From an uncultured delta proteobacterium (GTDB taxonomy: Bacteria > Desulfobacterota > Binatia > UBA9968): a stretch of 64,000 bases of DNA. Shown here one piece after another: positions 58,008 to 64,000 of this stretch (the stretch's first letter is position 1; every line of letters starts with the position of its first letter). The stretch covers positions 1 through 64,000 of the forward strand of contig CAVSLC010000013.1 of NCBI GenBank assembly GCA_963728565.1, read 5' to 3'. Below the pieces are notes generated by a model. The model did not search any database. It was not told the DNA's origin and saw only the letters and a list, made by a program, of their open reading frames with translations. Made by a program: the position numbers and the translations under genes.

Positions 58008-59288
58008 GTGCATACAGAAATCTTCATAGTTGGTCTCAACCACCGTAGTGCGCCGATCGAGGTAAGGGAAAGTGTCGCTTTCGCAAAATCCCAGATTGCG
58101 GAAGCGCTCGGACGGCTCCGGAACTTTTCAGCGGTTCGGGAAAGCGTGATCCTTACGACCTGCAACCGGGTCGAAGTAGTTGCCGCCGCCCCAGAGACTG
58201 ATCGGGCCATGCAGGCGGTCAAAGGCTTTCTTGACCAACAACGATCATCTTCAAATAACGGCAGCCTTAGCGATCATCTTTATACATACCGAGGCGCCGA
58301 CGCTGTGCGGCACTTGTTTCGCGTCGCCGCAAGTCTTGACTCGATGGTAGTTGGTGAGCCGCAGATTCTCGGTCAGTTAAAAGAACACTATAGTGTGGCG
58401 CAGAAGGCTGGGACAGTCGGTGCGGTTCTCCATCGCCTGTTTCACAGGTCTTTCTTCGTTGCGAAACGAGTGCGAACCGAAACCGGCATAGCCAGTCGCG
58501 CTGTCTCGGTGAGCTCGGTTGCGGTGGAACTCGCGGCGAGAATTTTTGATCGCTTCGAGGAGAAAACGGTCATGTTGATCGGCGCCGGCAAGATGGGCGA
58601 TCTGATGGCGCGCCATCTCCGGCGCTGCGGTGTAAAGAGTATCATGGTCACAAACCGAACCTTTGAGCGCGCAGTGGAATTGGCGGAGAAGATCCGCGGA
58701 AATCCAATTCGTTATGATGATTTCCCGCGCTATCTGCAATTAGCCGATTTGGTAATCGGATGCGCCGGAGCATCGGAAGTTCTGGTCGATGCCGGCATGG
58801 TGGAAAAGGTCCTGCGGGAGCGCAAGCAGGCGGCGATGTTTTTCATCGACATCGGCGACCGAAGAAATTTCGATCCCGGCATCAATGCGATCGATAACGC
58901 TTATATCTATGATATCGATGATCTGAAGAGCGTGGCGGAAGAAAATCTAAACGAAAGATCCAGTGAGGCCGAGAAAGCGGAGTGCATTGTGCAGGAAGAG
59001 GTCGCGAGTTTTCTTGATTGGGTTAGCTCACTCGAGCAGGTGCCGACGATCACGGCCCTGATAGAGAAACTTGAGCTCATACGGCAGAAAGAAATCAACA
59101 AGTCGCTGAGCGGCGGACTTAAGGATCTGTCCGAAAGACAAAAACAGGCGATCGAAGACATGACCGCGGCTATGATGAAAAAGATTCTGCATGCGCCGAT
59201 TATGCATTTGAAGCAGAACGCGGAGAGCGAATACGAGTTGATGTATATCGCGGCCCTGAAGAGGCTGTTTGACCTAGAGGACCAGTGA
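58008..59288 (+). CDS. hemA: Glutamyl-tRNA reductase
   Basis: GLNHRSAP, TTCNRVE, SLDSMVVGEPQILGQ, GAGKMG. Confidence 0.95.
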   Translation: MHTEIFIVGLNHRSAPIEVRESVAFAKSQIAEALGRLRNFSAVRESVILTTCNRVEVVAAAPETDRAMQAVKGFLDQQRSSSNNGSLSDHLYTYRGADAVRHLFRVAASLDSMVVGEPQILGQLKEHYSVAQKAGTVGAVLHRLFHRSFFVAKRVRTETGIASRAVSVSSVAVELAARIFDRFEEKTVMLIGAGKMGDLMARHLRRCGVKSIMVTNRTFERAVELAEKIRGNPIRYDDFPRYLQLADLVIGCAGASEVLVDAGMVEKVLRERKQAAMFFIDIGDRRNFDPGINAIDNAYIYDIDDLKSVAEENLNERSSEAEKAECIVQEEVASFLDWVSSLEQVPTITALIEKLELIRQKEINKSLSGGLKDLSERQKQAIEDMTAAMMKKILHAPIMHLKQNAESEYELMYIAALKRLFDLEDQ

Positions 59289-59343
59289 GGCGCGACGGGT
59301 TTTTTCTCGTGGATTTGCCGGTGCCTAGCGAAAGTTTGTCCAA

Positions 59344-60249
59344 ATGGCTACGTTGAAAATCGGTAGCCGAGGTAGCGCGCTGGCGCTGGTGCAAGCGGAG
59401 TGGGTAAGAGGAAAGCTCCAGGAGAGGGGTCTGACCGTTGAGATTATCGTTATAAAAACCAGCGGCGACCGGTTTGTCGATCGTACGATTCAGTCATTGG
59501 GAGGCAAAGGGATCTTCACCAAAGAGATTGAAGATGCGCTCCTCAGCGGAGAGATCGACCTGGCCGTTCATTCGATGAAGGATCTCCCAACCGAGCTGCC
59601 TGAGGGGTTATCCATTGCAGCGGTTTCTTTAAGAGAGGATCCTCGCGACGTGTTGGTTAGTAGAGAAAACATTCCACTGAATGCGTTGCGGAAGGGCGCG
59701 CAGATTGGGACCGGTAGCCTGCGCCGCAAATCACAGATACTAAACTATCGCTCCGATCTTGTTATGGTTCCAATTAGGGGCAACGTTGATACGCGTCTGA
59801 AAAGGCTAATCGAGCAACCGCTGGATGCTATCGTCCTGGCGGCTGCCGGATTGAAGCGGCTCGGTAGAGAGGATCGGATAACAGAGTACTTAACGCCGGA
59901 TATCTGTTTGAGCGCAGTCGCCCAAGGAGCATTGGCAATTGAGACTCGAGACGATGAGCCGTCGCGTCAATCGGTTGCTTTCCTGCATCACGACCCCAGT
60001 TTTATAGAAGTGACGGCAGAGCGATCCTTCTTACGAAAGCTCGGCGGTGGCTGTCACCTGCCGGTGGCGGCGCGCGCCTTGATCGACGGTGAGCTTCTCA
60101 ATCTCACGGGCATGGTCGCCGAACCCGACGGCCGACGTCTGTGTCGCGATCGGATTACCGGTCCTAAAGAACAGGCGGCCGCGCTCGGAACGGCGTTAGC
60201 TGAGCGCCTTATACGGGCCGGGGCAGGGGAGATGCTTGGCGGATCCTAA
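59344..60249 (+). CDS. hemC: Hydroxymethylbilane synthase
   Basis: GSRGSALA, GKGIFTKEIE, AVHSMKD, RGNVDTRL, GGGCHLP. Confidence 0.95.
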   Translation: MATLKIGSRGSALALVQAEWVRGKLQERGLTVEIIVIKTSGDRFVDRTIQSLGGKGIFTKEIEDALLSGEIDLAVHSMKDLPTELPEGLSIAAVSLREDPRDVLVSRENIPLNALRKGAQIGTGSLRRKSQILNYRSDLVMVPIRGNVDTRLKRLIEQPLDAIVLAAAGLKRLGREDRITEYLTPDICLSAVAQGALAIETRDDEPSRQSVAFLHHDPSFIEVTAERSFLRKLGGGCHLPVAARALIDGELLNLTGMVAEPDGRRLCRDRITGPKEQAAALGTALAERLIRAGAGEMLGGS

Positions 60250-60272
60250 GAGGCACATTGCGCGAGCGGAGT

Positions 60273-61112
60273 ATGGCAGCCAGAGAATTCTCAAGCCAGC
60301 CAGCTGATAACTCGGTGTTGTCGGGAAAACGAATAGTCGTCACCCGACCGCGTCGACAAGCCGGTGAGCTGGCGCGTCGCCTATCTGAACTGGGAGCGGA
60401 GGTCATCGAGTTCCCGACGATTGTTATCGCGCCGCCGCTGGACTATGCGCCGATGGATCGGGCGATCGAGCGACTGCACGATTATCACTGGTTGTTCTTT
60501 ACCAGTGTCAACGGTGTTCAATCATTTTTTGACCGGCTACGGCAGCTTGGCAAGAATCATCAAGCAATCGAGCAGTTGAAGGTGGTTGCTATTGGACCAG
60601 AAACGGCAGGGCGCTTGGAAGCTGAAGGCGTTCGCGCGCATCTTGTGCCGGCAAAGTACCAGGCCGAAGGAATTTTGGAAGGGTTGAATCCGGCCGAGAT
60701 TCACGGCCGGCGAATCCTGATACCACGCGCCGTCAAGGCGCGGGAAATATTGCCGGCAACTCTGCGCCAATGGGGCGCTGTCGTCGATGTGGTCCAAGCC
60801 TATGAAACCGTGCTGCCGCAGGAGGACCAGTTGGGTTTGCACGAGCTCTCGCCCGGAAAAATTGACCTAATTACTTTTACGAGCTCGAGCACGGTTGAAA
60901 ATTTTCTCAAACTGTTAAAAGGGGAAGATCCTAGCCGAATATTGCAGGGAGTAGTCGTAGCCTGCATCGGTCCCATCACAGCTCAGACCGCCATCGATAG
61001 CGGTTTGTGCGTAAATATAATTTCCTCCGAATTTACCATTCGAGGTTTAGTCGATGCCATCGTTGAGTATTACGAGGCCGCTGAGCCGAGATTTCAGGAA
61101 CGCAGCCAGTAG
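60273..61112 (+). CDS. hemD: Uroporphyrinogen-III synthase
   Basis: VVTRP, FTSVNGV, IGPET, FTSSST, CIGPITA. Confidence 0.9.
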   Translation: MAAREFSSQPADNSVLSGKRIVVTRPRRQAGELARRLSELGAEVIEFPTIVIAPPLDYAPMDRAIERLHDYHWLFFTSVNGVQSFFDRLRQLGKNHQAIEQLKVVAIGPETAGRLEAEGVRAHLVPAKYQAEGILEGLNPAEIHGRRILIPRAVKAREILPATLRQWGAVVDVVQAYETVLPQEDQLGLHELSPGKIDLITFTSSSTVENFLKLLKGEDPSRILQGVVVACIGPITAQTAIDSGLCVNIISSEFTIRGLVDAIVEYYEAAEPRFQERSQ

Positions 61113-61131
61113 TAAGGATCTGGAGCAGAAC

Positions 61132-62103
61132 ATGCAGTTCCCCGCTTATCGACCCAGGCGGTTACGCAAAAATGAAAAGCTGCGGCAACTGATTCGAGAG
61201 ACCACTCTCACAGCAGGTAATCTTATCTACCCCTTATTTGTCGGACCGGGAACGAACGTAGTCCGCGCGGTTTCGACGATGCCTGGCATTGCCCAGCTGT
61301 CGGTGGACCGGGCGGTTCTCGAATGCCGCGAGGCGGCCGCTCTCGGAATACCAGCGGTCATCCTATTTGGCATCCCCGAGACCAAGGACGCGGTCGGCTC
61401 GGAAGCCTCTATTAGTGACGGCGTGGTGCAGCAAGCGGTGCGAGCGATCAAGGACAATGTTCCCGACCTAGTGGTTGTTACAGACGTTTGCCTCTGTGAA
61501 TACACCGACCACGGCCACTGCGGCTTGATCAAAAACGGCGCGATAGATAATGACAGCACCTTGGAACTTCTTGCTCAAGAAGCGCTTTCTCATGCGCAAG
61601 CTGGCGCAGACATGGTGGCGCCATCGGATATGATGGATGGCAGGGTGGGCGCGATTCGCCGGGTTTTGGATAGCAACGGCTTCGATCAAGTTGCGATAAT
61701 GGCTTACGCAGCCAAGTATGCTTCAGCCTTCTACGGTCCGTTTCGCGAAGCGGCGGAATCGACGCCGCAGTTTGGCGATCGCCGCTCTTACCAAATGGAT
61801 CCTGCCAATACCGATGAAGCGTTGCGGGAAGTCGAACTCGACATTCAGGAGGGAGCTGACATTGTCATGATCAAGCCCGCGCTGGCCTATCTCGATGTTA
61901 TTTACCGGGTGAAAAAGCAGTTTGGTTATCCGGTTGCTGCCTACAACGTCAGTGGCGAATATTCGATGATCAAAGCGGCCGGCATCAATGGTTGGATCGA
62001 TGAAGAAAGAATCATGTTGGAGGTTCTTTTATCGATCAGACGCGCGGGTGCAGATATGATCTTGACCTATTTCGCTAAGCAGTTAGCGCGCGCCTTGGCT
62101 TAG
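61132..62103 (+). CDS. hemB: Porphobilinogen synthase
   Basis: [40 protein letters not shown]. Confidence 0.96.
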   Translation: MQFPAYRPRRLRKNEKLRQLIRETTLTAGNLIYPLFVGPGTNVVRAVSTMPGIAQLSVDRAVLECREAAALGIPAVILFGIPETKDAVGSEASISDGVVQQAVRAIKDNVPDLVVVTDVCLCEYTDHGHCGLIKNGAIDNDSTLELLAQEALSHAQAGADMVAPSDMMDGRVGAIRRVLDSNGFDQVAIMAYAAKYASAFYGPFREAAESTPQFGDRRSYQMDPANTDEALREVELDIQEGADIVMIKPALAYLDVIYRVKKQFGYPVAAYNVSGEYSMIKAAGINGWIDEERIMLEVLLSIRRAGADMILTYFAKQLARALA

Positions 62104-62182
62104 ATGTTTGCCAAGCACTCGTTCGCGAGTGTCTATAAGAAAGCCGCCCATTTCTGTGCCGAAGGCGTCCTGGCCGTCATTT

Positions 62183-62446
62183 TTAAATCAGATTCCACAG
62201 ATCCTTAATCTTTCGCTGCAGTGTGCGCTCGCACTCGGCCTCCCTGCCCGAAACGTGAACCTGAGACTCCGAAAGTCGGAACAGGAGGACCCGCGAGCCT
62301 TTTGTCAGCCGTAAGAGAAACGTACTGGAGTCGCCGTCGTAATCGACGTCCACGGTCACTTGTTGATCTATTTGACGGGCAACACGGTTCGCCCAAGCCG
62401 CCACTTCGGGAGCCGCCGCGTCGCCTTTTTTTTCCGCTAACATCAA
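62183..62446 (-). CDS. Hypothetical protein (87 aa)
   Basis: Fills the gap directly downstream of the SBP gene on the same strand; protein-like composition. Confidence 0.55.
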   Translation of the reverse strand: MMLAEKKGDAAAPEVAAWANRVARQIDQQVTVDVDYDGDSSTFLLRLTKGSRVLLFRLSESQVHVSGREAECERTLQRKIKDLWNLI

Positions 62447-62461
62447 CGGCCGGGTTGACGT

Positions 62462-63472
62462 TTATTTCTTCTTGTAGAGCCCGTCGATAAAGCCGCTCTG
62501 CTCGAGTTCACGGATGAAAGTAAAGTCCACGAATTGTTCCGGCTTAGCTGTCTTTGCCCGAGGGTCGCGTTCACCGATATCTTCCATGACCGTTTTCAGG
62601 CCCTCGAGACTCGGAAGCTGTTTTTTCGGTAGCAACGCTTCAGTGAGGATATTCTCGCGGCTCTTCTCCAGGATCTCACGGTCGACATTGCTTCCCATGT
62701 ACTTGCCCAAGGTTTTTACGGTGGCCTCTTTATCGGTCCAAATTCTATGTACGGCCTCTACGTGTGATTTGACATATCTACGAACCATGTCGGGATTCTC
62801 ACGAATAAATCTGCGCGTCGTTGCCGCGCCGGTATGTTGAAATACCAAACCCATTTGCGCGACGTCCGCTACCACCGCCAGCCCCTTTTTCTCCGCGATG
62901 AAGTTAGAAGGAGGATTGATGACGGCGGCAGTGACTCGCCCGGTCAAGACCGCGCCTAGCCGGTCTGGTCCACTACCGACCTGTACTAGAGTGACGTCCT
63001 TGCCCGGGGTAAGGCCGATCTTTCTCAGTGCGAACCGAGCAATCGAATCCGTTGCTGAACCGAAGCGACTGATTGCTACGGTCCCGCCTTTAAGTTGCTC
63101 ACCGCTTTTGACTCCCGCCTTGCCCATTAAGACATAATTTAGCGACGTCATGCCCGCCGCGATGAATACGGCATCTGAACCAGCCAGAGCGCTATTGACA
63201 AGGCCCGGCCCGGACACCTGCGTGATCGGAACATCGTTAGAAACCAGCGCAAGGATAGCTGTGGTACCGCCGGTGAAAAAAATTAATTGAGCATCTAGGC
63301 CGTTTTGCGCGAAGATTCCTGTTTCCTTGGCAATCCATGCCGGGAGTTGATCGGCGCTGATCGCGCTATACCCCACGTTGATTCGGACCGATTGTGCCCC
63401 GGCGAATGAGGCGATAGTTAAAAGACATGCTATTGACACCATTGCGGCAGCTAAAGCTCTGAAAAGTCTCAT
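62462..63472 (-). CDS. ABC transporter substrate-binding protein (NMT1/SsuA/TauA type)
   Basis: Signal peptide ending AGAQ, WIAKETGIFAQNGLD, SRFGSATD, SGFIDGLY. Confidence 0.85.
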   Translation of the reverse strand: MRLFRALAAAMVSIACLLTIASFAGAQSVRINVGYSAISADQLPAWIAKETGIFAQNGLDAQLIFFTGGTTAILALVSNDVPITQVSGPGLVNSALAGSDAVFIAAGMTSLNYVLMGKAGVKSGEQLKGGTVAISRFGSATDSIARFALRKIGLTPGKDVTLVQVGSGPDRLGAVLTGRVTAAVINPPSNFIAEKKGLAVVADVAQMGLVFQHTGAATTRRFIRENPDMVRRYVKSHVEAVHRIWTDKEATVKTLGKYMGSNVDREILEKSRENILTEALLPKKQLPSLEGLKTVMEDIGERDPRAKTAKPEQFVDFTFIRELEQSGFIDGLYKKK

Positions 63473-63627
63473 TAGTCCTCCGGAAGAAAGAGTCGAGGCA
63501 AATAGTACTAGACCAGGGATATCCAAACAAGCAAGCCCTGCCACCGCAAAAGGCTTGCTCGGTTGATGTTAGATGATCCCAAGAGTTTCAAAGCATAGGG
63601 TCGCGCGACACTGAGTTGTGGGCAATT

Positions 63628-63999
63628 CTAACTGCCTTTGTTGACCTTCTTGACTTCGGCAAGCAACTCTTCGGTGGAGAGAAGATCCTTCGGCCCATTG
63701 CTCGGGCGGACGTTGAAGTAACGTACCACGCCCTCCTTATCGATAATAATGTATGAACGCTTGGCTTGACGTCTTTCTTGGTCGAAAACACCGAACATGG
63801 TCATGGTTTTTCCGCTTGCATCGCTGAGTAGCGGGTAATTGATCTTGGCGAAATCGGCAAAGGCCTTCTGTGAGAAGGCGGTGTTAACACTCATTCCCAA
63901 GACTTCGGTATTTTCCGCTTGGAACTGCTGGTAGTTGTCCGAACCGGACGCTTGCAGGTCCTTGATTCACGTAGGATTAAAGTCGAGAACATAAAAGTT
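63628..63999 (-). CDS. Peroxiredoxin (AhpC/TSA/BCP family), 5'-partial, probable selenoprotein (TGA 63969-63967)
   Basis: NFYVLDFNPT-TGA-IKDLQ...EVLGMSVN...YPLLSD...RSYIIIDKEGVVRY; the TGA aligns with the peroxidatic Cys of FYPxDFTPxC. Confidence 0.82.
63937..63949 (-). promoter_or_regulatory. Bacterial SECIS-like hairpin of the peroxiredoxin gene
   Basis: GTCCG-GTT-CGGAC with a G-first loop following the UGA after 22 intervening nt. Confidence 0.55.
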
Positions 64000-64000
64000 T

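Noticed and set aside
5188-61131. Long N-terminal extensions in the ORF track (5188, 14538, 20789, 33976, 39080, 42746, 46797, 54661, 55493, 61054) as fusions
   Set aside because: They overlap upstream genes, and paralog comparison or motif starts point to downstream start codons.
52972-64000. Genome-wide TGA reassignment (code 4/25) to explain the in-frame TGAs
   Set aside because: Many genes here end in TGA, often with ATGA coupling; read-through cases are confined to catalytic Cys positions.
1-64000. Many short antisense or nested ORFs; CRISPR arrays, tRNA/rRNA genes, transposases or integrases
   Set aside because: The nested ORFs shadow well-supported genes and show no motifs; I found no regularly spaced repeats, RNA-gene signatures or recombinase motifs by eye.

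Overview
The window joins two unrelated pieces of DNA. Bases 1-~1860 are very GC-rich (about 80% in a hand-counted 60-mer), Actinobacteria-like, and carry three frameshift-ridden or truncated genes. From ~1861 the composition drops to roughly 50-57% GC and the gene set looks deltaproteobacterial (Candidatus Binatia-like; inference). About 48 kb (1861-~50930, all + strand) form one glycosylation/tailoring locus. It holds 9 GT2 and 8 GT4 glycosyltransferases (mostly two paralog families), 2-3 GT-C-like membrane proteins, 3 uronate-dehydrogenase-like SDRs, 2 AGE-family epimerases, 2 radical SAM enzymes, a 2OG-Fe(II) oxygenase, a desaturase/hydroxylase, an Stf0 sulfotransferase, 2 asparagine-synthetase homologs, 2 HprK-like kinases, a nucleotidyltransferase and an ExeA ATPase. 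The best candidate for an undescribed system is three protein-identical copies, plus one decayed copy, of a PqqD/RRE protein fused to a lasso-leader-like YxxPxL tail. These sit with the kinase/nucleotidyltransferase/Asn-synthetase set known from phosphorylated lasso-peptide clusters, but no B2 peptidase or separate precursor is visible. This suggests a self-contained RRE-precursor, or a protein carrier for a glycan. Gene stubs show the locus grew by duplication and internal gene replacement. The rest is housekeeping (nitrilase, OCD, dppABC, ccsA-hemACDB, a solute-binding protein) but includes two probable selenoproteins that the ORF track truncates: a CxxU glutathione S-transferase and a Sec peroxiredoxin, each with an in-frame TGA at the catalytic Cys and a downstream SECIS-like hairpin. 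All family assignments come from motif recognition by eye; no database search was run.
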